Below the pieces are notes generated by a model. It saw nothing but the letters and a program-made list of their open reading frames with translations, ran no database searches and was not told where the DNA came from. A program made the translations under genes and the position numbers. Below, in pieces: positions 8,461 through 15,259 of a DNA stretch of 33,813 nt (position 1 is its first letter; every line of letters starts with the position of its first letter). Origin of the DNA: a virus (taxonomy: Duplodnaviria; Caudoviricetes); IMG/VR virus record IMGVR_UViG_3300042363_000358, positions 1-33,813 of that record; one strand, given 5' to 3'.

Positions 8461-10186
8461 ACGCTAGGGGGTTGGACTCTTCCCACTGGATGCCGGTGGC
8501 TGAGTGTTGAAGATTGAGAATGGGGGACGGGAGTCCAATCCTCCCTCCCCGCTTGCAGAAGGCTAGCTGGAAGCGTCGAGGCTTTGATTGGCCTACCTCA
8601 TGGAGAACGGCTATCTCACGCGCCCAGTTGGCGAGTTCGGAGGAGCCGAAGCCTGAGTGGGCCAGTTCCATTGTGGTGAGTGGTTCGCCGCCATCCTTGC
8701 GTTGAGGTTTGGCTACATGGTGCATCCAGACCCAAGCGACCTTGGTCTCGTGGAGGATGGGCTGGAGTTTGTTGCGAAGGAATATCGACACCTCGGACTG
8801 ATCGCTGAGGTCGCCTCCGAAGTAACTGAAGAGTGGATCGGCCACGATGAGATCGAGCTTGGAGCGGTGGATGAAGCGGCGGGCGTAGGCGAGGAACTGG
8901 TCGCCGGTACGAACGGTCTCGGTCCTGAACTCCAGATTTTTCTGAAGCTGGTTCATCTGATCGAGACTGAATCTCTTATGCACCACCCCGCGGAATGCTT
9001 CGGCGAGATCGCCCTTGTCGTTCTCGGCCTGGATGACCCCAATCTTCAATGGCTTCACCGGCTTGATTCCGAAGAAGTCGAGGCCGAGGCACCAGCGGAT
9101 GACGATCTGCATCATCAGGGATGACTTTCCGATACCGGTACCACCGCTGACGATCATGGAGGAGCCGCGGGTGATCCATCGATTGCCGATCAGGTTATCC
9201 GGATCGTTGTCCGGATCGAAATCCATGAGGTCTTTGATGGTGACCACCGTGGACTTGTCGTCATCGGTCTCCCGGGAGGTGAGGTAGTCTTCCCATGAAG
9301 CGGAGCCGAGGTTAGTGGCCAACAGCTTTTGCTGGGAGGTAGGACTACGCCATGCGCCCGGGAGCCGGCTGTAGCGCGAGGGGTTCTTGTTCTTGGCATC
9401 GATGCCCGGGATGCTGCTGTAGATGATATCCCGGCGGATGTCCCATTCCTTGCGATTGGGCGCATCCACGCGGACCCAGGCATGGATACTCTTACCACCA
9501 GAGTCGATGAGTACGGTGATGGGTAGGCCCGAATCGCGGAAGAGCTTCTCCTGCTCGGCCTTGGGCTTGTCGTCGAACTCGACCAGGACATGGCGGTACG
9601 CGCTGACATCGTTGTCGCTGCCGCTGTAGAGGTTGGGCTTGAAGGGGTTGATGCGAACGAAGATCCCCTCGCGTTCCGGTGACAGGATGCGGGATGCCGG
9701 ATCATCGAAGCGAGCGATCCATTCCTCGATGGGAATGAATGATCCAGCAGTGACTGGCCTACCCTCCTCGACGGCATCACAGATACAGACCACCTCGGTG
9801 GGCGCGAAGGCGGCTTGAAGGAACCGCTTGAACTCGCTGGCTTGAGGATCGGGCGCAACCGCTGGTGACGGTCGCTTGAATGATACCTTGGTGATATCGA
9901 ATGGAGCGGTTGAGGGGGCGGATCCGGACTGAAGGAGATGGCCGGCTGGTTTGGAGTGAGACTTGGAAGCGGCCTCGCGGAGCTTGTGGATGAGTTCGCG
10001 ATCGGACCAAGGTGGTTGGCAGGATTGATTCCAGCTTGAGAGCAGGGCTAGAGAGTCAGCCTCCGAGAGCTGGAAGCCGTGTACGAGGCCGACGGCAGCG
10101 GTGTAGGTAGTTGAGTGTCCGGACTGACCGGAGACGGCTGGCGGCACCTTGGAAAGCCAAAGGGCCGCACGTTGGTGCGGTGTCAT
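8399..10186 (-). CDS. Primase-helicase (PriCT-like + AEP/RepB-type primase + RecA-like AAA_25 ATPase)
   Basis: LVEFDD, SGGKSIHAW, NPSRYSRLPG primase motifs; Walker A GGTGIGKS, Walker B LIVADP, HHVAK, GSS. Confidence 0.85.
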   Translation of the reverse strand: MTPHQRAALWLSKVPPAVSGQSGHSTTYTAAVGLVHGFQLSEADSLALLSSWNQSCQPPWSDRELIHKLREAASKSHSKPAGHLLQSGSAPSTAPFDITKVSFKRPSPAVAPDPQASEFKRFLQAAFAPTEVVCICDAVEEGRPVTAGSFIPIEEWIARFDDPASRILSPEREGIFVRINPFKPNLYSGSDNDVSAYRHVLVEFDDKPKAEQEKLFRDSGLPITVLIDSGGKSIHAWVRVDAPNRKEWDIRRDIIYSSIPGIDAKNKNPSRYSRLPGAWRSPTSQQKLLATNLGSASWEDYLTSRETDDDKSTVVTIKDLMDFDPDNDPDNLIGNRWITRGSSMIVSGGTGIGKSSLMMQIVIRWCLGLDFFGIKPVKPLKIGVIQAENDKGDLAEAFRGVVHKRFSLDQMNQLQKNLEFRTETVRTGDQFLAYARRFIHRSKLDLIVADPLFSYFGGDLSDQSEVSIFLRNKLQPILHETKVAWVWMHHVAKPQRKDGGEPLTTMELAHSGFGSSELANWAREIAVLHEVGQSKPRRFQLAFCKRGGRIGLPSPILNLQHSATGIQWEESNPLAFTGAELKKEKPYRPQPRRRA

Positions 10187-10219
10187 TGTCGTTGTTTGTT
10201 TGGGACCGATCGTTGGGGG

Positions 10220-10342
10220 CTACTTCATTTTGTCTATCTTCATCAGCCGTTTGATGGCTTGAGTTTTGGGGGAATAGGTTCCGGTCTTCTTGGTGCTGGG
10301 CTTGGCGGCGTAGGCGGCGGGCTTGGCTTTAGCTTTCTTCAT
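10220..10342 (-). CDS. Small Lys/Ala-rich basic protein (40 aa)
   Basis: MKKAKAKPAAYAAKPSTKKTG...; fills the gap between neighbouring genes. Confidence 0.5.
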   Translation of the reverse strand: MKKAKAKPAAYAAKPSTKKTGTYSPKTQAIKRLMKIDKMK

Positions 10343-10529
10343 AGGGTTTGAATTTGGTGTGGAATTCCGAGGTGAGGCGAACGTAGATGTTGCTGCCTCT
10401 TTGGTAGATGATGACGGGAGCTTTGAGTTCTGCGAGACGATACTGGCCAACATGAAGGACCGTGACTACGACTCCAGAGTTGGATCGATTGACGAACCGG
10501 GAGGGTGGGAGAGCTGAGGGATTTTCCAT
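10329..10529 (-). CDS. Hypothetical protein (possibly DUF1653-like)
   Basis: VIIYQRGSNIYVRLTSEFHTKF loosely resembles that family's pattern. Confidence 0.5.
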   Translation of the reverse strand: MENPSALPPSRFVNRSNSGVVVTVLHVGQYRLAELKAPVIIYQRGSNIYVRLTSEFHTKFKPYEES

Positions 10530-10726
10530 ATGCGACGTTCTATTGGTTCGGGGTAAGCGATCCAGCCTTTAGCGATGCCCCAAGCAATTATCTGAGCGGA
10601 CTGCTCGATGAGCCGGCGGTTCTCATCGGTGATGATGGTTCGTTCTTCTTCGGTTATGGGACCAGGTTTCTTGTTATTTGAGAGGCGGGATTCGTACCAG
10701 GGTTGCTCTTGCCTTGGGGTCTTCAT
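10466..10726 (-). CDS. Hypothetical protein
   Basis: ATGA-coupled start at 10726 (MKTPRQEQPWY). Confidence 0.55.
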   Translation of the reverse strand: MKTPRQEQPWYESRLSNNKKPGPITEEERTIITDENRRLIEQSAQIIAWGIAKGWIAYPEPIERRIWKIPQLSHPPGSSIDPTLES

Positions 10727-10968
10727 GAGGTGATGAGGCGAGCCAGGATACAGTTGCAGTAGGAACCCTTGGTCTTGGCGTTGCATCGACCATGATGCAC
10801 AGGGTTGGAGATGATGTGTGCTGTAAGGTCGCTCGTGAGCTGGACCAGCTCAAGGAGACGAGTGGATGCTTCGGCACAGAGCGCATTGGGGATTCCATCT
10901 TGGGTATCGAGTTCGGCTGAGAGGATATTGAGCGCGTTGACGAGGTCGTGTGTTGAGGACTGTTTCAT
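10723..10968 (-). CDS. Hypothetical protein with C-terminal His/Cys cluster
   Basis: ATGA coupling at both ends; HHGRC...CNC. Confidence 0.6.
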   Translation of the reverse strand: MKQSSTHDLVNALNILSAELDTQDGIPNALCAEASTRLLELVQLTSDLTAHIISNPVHHGRCNAKTKGSYCNCILARLITS

Positions 10969-11225
10969 TTTTGTTTGTGGACTACGAGTCCGTTGCCTTT
11001 GGAATCAACCAGTTCTACGGATCGAACGCTCTCCATGCGGGCCAAAGTCTTGACCATCTCGATGGGATCATGGGCTTGGGACACGCAAGTGAGGTGGATA
11101 TCACCATCTCCGTAGTTGGTCTTTAGATTCTCTTCGGTTCGATCACGCACCACTCGGATGGTTCGTCCATCTGAGAGATGGACCACCTTGATGGATTCGA
11201 CGAGCGGGAATGCGTGACGGCTCAT
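10965..11225 (-). CDS. Hypothetical protein
   Basis: 86 aa, ATGA coupling at both ends. Confidence 0.6.
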   Translation of the reverse strand: MSRHAFPLVESIKVVHLSDGRTIRVVRDRTEENLKTNYGDGDIHLTCVSQAHDPIEMVKTLARMESVRSVELVDSKGNGLVVHKQK

Positions 11226-11599
11226 TGCTTAGAGGTTTTACCGCAATGGGGGCAGTGCCGGCCTAGACCGGGATCGGCGGGTAGAGTACCAAGCCACGAG
11301 CACAGATCGTGGTAGGATCGAACACCGAAGTTCGGCCACTTGAACGGTACGATGTCACGGGTATGGATTGCATGGATGGCGGTCTCCTTGTCTTTGATCC
11401 CAAGCTTCTCCATCAAGTTCGCGTTACGAGAGCTGAGACCCGCGGTCCATTTGTTATTCGAGGCATCCCGCTTCTTGCCGGCGGCGATGATCTGGAACAC
11501 CCGTTGCTTTGAGATGTTTAACTCTGCACCGATAGCTTTGTAGGTAAGTCCCTTAACCCTGAATGCTCTTACCTTGTCGATTGAGTCGTTGGTTTTCAT
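11222..11599 (-). CDS. Transcription regulator: sigma70 region-4-like HTH fused to an RNAP alpha-CTD-like domain
   Basis: GLTYKAIGAELNISKQRVFQI; GLSSRNANLMEKLGI...NFGVRSYHDLCSWL; terminal CPHC. Start could instead be 11773. Confidence 0.65.
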   Translation of the reverse strand: MKTNDSIDKVRAFRVKGLTYKAIGAELNISKQRVFQIIAAGKKRDASNNKWTAGLSSRNANLMEKLGIKDKETAIHAIHTRDIVPFKWPNFGVRSYHDLCSWLGTLPADPGLGRHCPHCGKTSKQ

Positions 11600-11646
11600 G
11601 TATGTATGTTTGAGATACTTTCTTTTTTTCTTCTTTGGTTCTTTAT

Positions 11647-11823
11647 CTATTGCAACGGTATCTGGACCGCTCGATACCGTTTCTGTGCTTTGTGGCACTG
11701 GACGCACAGGCCGGTTTGAGTTGTGCATCCGCATCCCAAGCATGCGGCCAATTCGTGACATAACAGTTTCCATCGTTGTAGTTCCTCTATTGTTTGTTTG
11801 GTTGTTTGTTCTTGATGTTCCAT
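11647..11823 (-). CDS. Possible small Cys-rich protein
   Basis: MEHQEQ...CLGCGC...CVQC; competes with the N-terminal extension of the 11222 ORF. Confidence 0.4.
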   Translation of the reverse strand: MEHQEQTTKQTIEELQRWKLLCHELAACLGCGCTTQTGLCVQCHKAQKRYRAVQIPLQ

Positions 11824-12029
11824 ACGCATGAATGCGAGATACCGTATTTCTTGGCCAACTCTCTGTAGGTGAATGTTGAGTTATCCCTTAGAATCGATTC
11901 TCTGATCTTTGCTGGAACAGCTTCCCACCGCCGGCAGATCAATGGATCAGGGGCTTTGAAGGCGGGAACTGGTCCCAACATCTTCGCCATTGACTCCTTC
12001 GTCAACCCTAATTCTTGAAGTAGACTCAT
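11787..12029 (-). CDS. Small HTH DNA-binding protein
   Basis: FTYRELAKKYGISHSCVWNIKN. Confidence 0.7.
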   Translation of the reverse strand: MSLLQELGLTKESMAKMLGPVPAFKAPDPLICRRWEAVPAKIRESILRDNSTFTYRELAKKYGISHSCVWNIKNKQPNKQ

Positions 12030-12036
12030 TTTTAAT

Positions 12037-12549
12037 CTACTCGCTCTTCATCGGCGTGGACTGAACGCCATTATAGGCCACTGTCTTCGGCCTATAGATG
12101 CCCACTTGTTCGGTTTCCTCGACCCAGGAAGGACCGCCGCGGACATGGAATATGCAGGAAGACATTCCGTTCCAGCTCTTCGTGCTGCTCTTGGCCGAGG
12201 TATACGCAGATCCAAACGTAGCGTTCAAATCGTCGCTCGACATAGCCTTGACGTTGGCCCAGTCGATGTCGCCTGCATGCCATAACTTGAAGCCTAGCTC
12301 CAACGGAGCTACTACCTCTGCAATGCCGGGGAAGTGCCACACCCACTCGTCATGGCTGCTGGCATCGCCGGACATAACAGCGTAGCACTGGTAATTGCCA
12401 AGCGGTACGGAGCCGCTTCCCCAGTCGCAGCTCTCGCCGGGTTTGAGGACCGCCGAACGTGTCGGATGGTCGTTGCATTTGGGCTGCTCGAAAAGAGCAA
12501 CGAGGATGGGGACTTCGGTCTGATTTTCGATCTTGATGTGTGTGCTCAT
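12037..12549 (-). CDS. Hypothetical protein (170 aa)
   Basis: ATGA-coupled start at 12549 (MSTHIKIENQTEVPILVALF). Confidence 0.65.
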   Translation of the reverse strand: MSTHIKIENQTEVPILVALFEQPKCNDHPTRSAVLKPGESCDWGSGSVPLGNYQCYAVMSGDASSHDEWVWHFPGIAEVVAPLELGFKLWHAGDIDWANVKAMSSDDLNATFGSAYTSAKSSTKSWNGMSSCIFHVRGGPSWVEETEQVGIYRPKTVAYNGVQSTPMKSE

Positions 12550-12746
12550 GTTAGTAGGTGTTTGATGATTAGGTTCCGGTCTTTGATCGTCGCTCGGAGA
12601 ATGCTCTCCAGCACAACGTGAGGGTTGATTGTTGCGACGTGTTTCCATTCTGGATTACCATCGATGTGTTTAGCTGTATCAATACTCTCAACGCGCACTA
12701 GTCCGTTAAAAGCGTGGACGTAGATGAAGGCGGGGCTGTCTTTCAT
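12546..12746 (-). CDS. Hypothetical protein
   Basis: 66 aa, coupled at both ends, AAGGAG upstream of start. Confidence 0.6.
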   Translation of the reverse strand: MKDSPAFIYVHAFNGLVRVESIDTAKHIDGNPEWKHVATINPHVVLESILRATIKDRNLIIKHLLT

Positions 12747-13012
12747 TGCGGCTCCTTCACCTGTCCCGTTTGCGAATCAACAACACCAAGGGCGATGGCG
12801 TTGAACAGCATGACATAGCTGCAAATATCGCACACGACCTCTACCATCGGTGTGATAGCAGCACCGGGACAGTGATTCCCTTCGTTGTAATCCCTAACCT
12901 CAACGATGTTACTGATCGACAATTTGCCAGAGGCACACACAGGACACAGCCGCTTAACGGTCCAGACTTTATTGAGCCTGTCGATGACTACTTGAGCATC
13001 AGATACTTTCAC
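12743..13012 (-). CDS. Zn-ribbon protein
   Basis: GTGA-coupled start; CPVC ... CDICSYVMLFNA. Confidence 0.65.
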   Translation of the reverse strand: MKVSDAQVVIDRLNKVWTVKRLCPVCASGKLSISNIVEVRDYNEGNHCPGAAITPMVEVVCDICSYVMLFNAIALGVVDSQTGQVKEPQ

Positions 13013-13233
13013 GGCTTGTCCTCCGTAGTAAATCCAATGCCAGCTTTGGAACACATCGCGTCCGTCGTATCCCGCCACAACAACAGATCCGCTCGCATTG
13101 AGTCGTTCTCGGTTTCCAACTGTTTAATCCGATCCTCCAGCTTGCGGACATCGAGAGCGATTGCGCGGAGTTGGCGGCGGTCGTTGTAATCGGCAAAAGC
13201 CGGTAGGTTCAAGATTCGCTCTTCAATGCTCAC
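13009..13233 (-). CDS. Small coiled-coil protein
   Basis: VRKLEDRIKQLETEND; GTGA coupling. Confidence 0.6.
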   Translation of the reverse strand: MSIEERILNLPAFADYNDRRQLRAIALDVRKLEDRIKQLETENDSMRADLLLWRDTTDAMCSKAGIGFTTEDKP

Positions 13234-13508
13234 AGCTTGGCCTCCTTAAATTTCATGTAGATTCCCCACGCGCCATCAAGCTTATCGGTAACACCTTCCA
13301 ATGTTTCATCCAACCGCTTGATGCGTTCCTTTAACCGCAGATTCTCTTCATCCAATAATTGCTGCTGACGGATGATTGAGTTTGCTGCGTTGAGTTCGCG
13401 CTCCAGTCTTCGGCATAGCATACCGAGGTCGCCTACGTTGTGAGCGGTGCTGTCGGATATAGGGGTATCGCTGATCATTTTCGTGAGGTCAGGAATATGA
13501 TCGCTCAT
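13230..13508 (-). CDS. Small coiled-coil protein, paralogue of 13852-14196
   Basis: MSDHIPDLTKMISDTP...LERELNAA...ERIKRL...KEAKL. Confidence 0.65.
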   Translation of the reverse strand: MSDHIPDLTKMISDTPISDSTAHNVGDLGMLCRRLERELNAANSIIRQQQLLDEENLRLKERIKRLDETLEGVTDKLDGAWGIYMKFKEAKL

Positions 13509-13518
13509 TTCGATTCCT
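13468..13518. repeat. 51-bp direct repeat, copy 1 (copy 2 at 14156-14206)
   Basis: 49/51 identical; spans the stop/start junction and first codons of two paralogues. Confidence 0.9.
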
Positions 13519-13855
13519 TCCATTTGCCAACCGTCCTCAGAAATGCCTCTGCGCGTTGACGAGCGGTGGCTTGTAGAATGCGCGTCATCCCGTCCAGTTC
13601 CGACATTTGCTCAGCCTCAAGCACTCGCATCAGATTCACCGCAAACTCAAGCCATGCAGTTGATCCACCAAGTGCAACCATCTCTGCTTGGCGCATCGCG
13701 TTGAGGTCTTTGCAGAAACTTGGGACACCAAGTTCAGCCTCGTTTGGGTGTGATGTTCCACGAGGAAACCATACGCCACACCGAATATCTCCGCAGGCGC
13801 ACTTCGCCCATCCAAGCTGCAAAGCGATTGCTTCGTTGATTTCTTCGTCTGTCAC
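13505..13855 (-). CDS. Hypothetical phage protein (possibly ABA-sandwich-like)
   Basis: TDEEINEAIALQLGW...PSFCKDLNAM...ATARQRAEAFL. Confidence 0.65.
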   Translation of the reverse strand: MTDEEINEAIALQLGWAKCACGDIRCGVWFPRGTSHPNEAELGVPSFCKDLNAMRQAEMVALGGSTAWLEFAVNLMRVLEAEQMSELDGMTRILQATARQRAEAFLRTVGKWKESK

Positions 13856-14196
13856 GGCTTGGCCTCCTTGGCTTTGCGCCAGTTGACGGTTGCCAACAGG
13901 TCGTAGGTCTGGGTATTGGCTAGCGCATCCCCCGCCTCCTCAAGCCGCTTGATGCGCTCGCCCCTGTCCTCGTACAACGCAACGTCCGCAACCAGCGCGG
14001 CGTGCTTGTTCTTCGCGTCCATTAGATCCTCCTCCAGCCGCTTAATGCGCTCTTGAGCGGTGGTGAGTTCGCGTTCGATGTCACAACCCACCTGCCAGAT
14101 ATTGGCAAATCCAGCATGACGATAGGCTAAGATTGCAGATTGCATTCTCGGCGTGTCGCTGATCATTTTCGTGGGGTCAGGAATATGATCGCTCAT
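13852..14196 (-). CDS. Small coiled-coil protein, paralogue of 13230-13508
   Basis: MSDHIPDPTKMISDTP...IERELTTA; ERIKRLEE twice; ends KEAKP. Confidence 0.65.
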   Translation of the reverse strand: MSDHIPDPTKMISDTPRMQSAILAYRHAGFANIWQVGCDIERELTTAQERIKRLEEDLMDAKNKHAALVADVALYEDRGERIKRLEEAGDALANTQTYDLLATVNWRKAKEAKP

Positions 14197-14206
14197 TTGG
14201 ATTCCT
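14156..14206. repeat. 51-bp direct repeat, copy 2
   Basis: See 13468-13518. Confidence 0.9.
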
Positions 14207-14543
14207 CCATCACTCCGCACGGGAGCCATGTTTTGCCACCATCGATTGAATGTTCGTATTTTTCACACCAATCCTTTCTGTTCTCTTCGCTAGATGTGCG
14301 GTCGATCAACCAACGTGTTTTGGGGTATTCACGATTCCTCGCCTGCATTCCCAGCGGAACCTCATCCGCAGTCCATGGGCGGAGGACATAGGTGGGTTTG
14401 ATGCGGTACTTTGTGTCGTCCCAGCCCCACCGAGGGAAATATAATGGTTCCCATTTTCCAACAGGACCCAAGACCTCTAGGTCCTTACCATCCACAAATG
14501 CTTTCATCACGTGGATGGCTTCTTTGGTTTCTTCGACGTTCAT
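14193..14543 (-). CDS. Hypothetical phage protein
   Basis: IHVMKAFVDGK...PRWGWDDTKYRIKP...RPWT; coupled at both ends. Confidence 0.7.
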   Translation of the reverse strand: MNVEETKEAIHVMKAFVDGKDLEVLGPVGKWEPLYFPRWGWDDTKYRIKPTYVLRPWTADEVPLGMQARNREYPKTRWLIDRTSSEENRKDWCEKYEHSIDGGKTWLPCGVMEESK

Positions 14544-14695
14544 TTCGATTCCTTATTCTTACGGTTCCTTGTCCAATAACTGACTTCGTAGTTTTTGATC
14601 TTCTTGGCAGCTTTGTGGATTTCTCCAGCCTCTTTCTTACTGATGCTGTACACTCCGGTACCGCCATCAATTAAGCTTTTGATCCTGTCGCTCAT
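14540..14695 (-). CDS. Small basic hypothetical protein (51 aa)
   Basis: ATGA-coupled start at 14695 (MSDRIKSLIDGG); ends KESK. Confidence 0.55.
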   Translation of the reverse strand: MSDRIKSLIDGGTGVYSISKKEAGEIHKAAKKIKNYEVSYWTRNRKNKESK

Positions 14696-15147
14696 CGGCC
14701 ACCTCCGAGTGCGTAGTGCAGGATGAGGAGCGCATCGCAGTTCTTCAATGTGACGTCTAGTTGCGGGTAAAGCTCCTGGGCCTTGCTCTTGAGCTTGCGC
14801 TTCCATTCCGCGGAATTGGCGCATGACCGCTTTCCACCGAGTCCAAGAGGATCCTGCCAGATCTTGGGTTCGACGCGGTGAAGAGCGTAACCTTGAGAGT
14901 AGGCCAGTCCTTGGACGATTCCGTAGTTCTCGTGCAGGGTTGCCACGCTTGCTGAGGGCGTAAGCTTGCTCACGAACTTGGGTACCTTCTCGATCCATAG
15001 GTGACTGTCCGCCACCTTGAATCCGCTGAGGAGTTGCGCCATATCGGGCAATGACTCTGGCATTGCGAAGAGAAGGATGCCGTCCTTGGTGTGGATAGCG
15101 AACCCGCCGTTTACGCCTGGGTCACAGGCTACGATTGTTTTGTTCAT
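14692..15147 (-). CDS. RuvC-like Holliday junction resolvase
   Basis: IVACDPGVNGGFA, WIEKV, YGIVQG, VEPKIWQ, CDALLI acidic catalytic pattern. Confidence 0.8.
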   Translation of the reverse strand: MNKTIVACDPGVNGGFAIHTKDGILLFAMPESLPDMAQLLSGFKVADSHLWIEKVPKFVSKLTPSASVATLHENYGIVQGLAYSQGYALHRVEPKIWQDPLGLGGKRSCANSAEWKRKLKSKAQELYPQLDVTLKNCDALLILHYALGGGR

Positions 15148-15259
15148 TGGTTTTTGTTTGTTGGGACCGAATAGTGAGAGAGTGGCCGACATAGATACCG
15201 GCGATCACGCACAGTGGCAGCAGTACTGCCATGCCCATGATAGTCAGTGCGGTGTTCAT
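15122..15259 (-). CDS. Small membrane protein (45 aa)
   Basis: Translated by hand: MNTALTIMGMAVLLPLCVIAGIYVGHSLTIRSQQTKTNEQNNRSL*; ATGA overlap with the helicase stop. Confidence 0.5.
   Translation of the reverse strand: MNTALTIMGMAVLLPLCVIAGIYVGHSLTIRSQQTKTNEQNNRSL

Noticed and set aside
9190-9858. 222-aa same-strand alternative-frame ORF inside the primase
   Set aside because: Ser/Arg/Thr-rich product typical of high-GC3 off-frames, with no recognisable domain, unlike the intein-nested ORF
13468-14206. Direct repeats as a CRISPR array or DGR template/variable repeat pair
   Set aside because: Only two copies 688 bp apart, both coding; no cas or reverse transcriptase gene in the window
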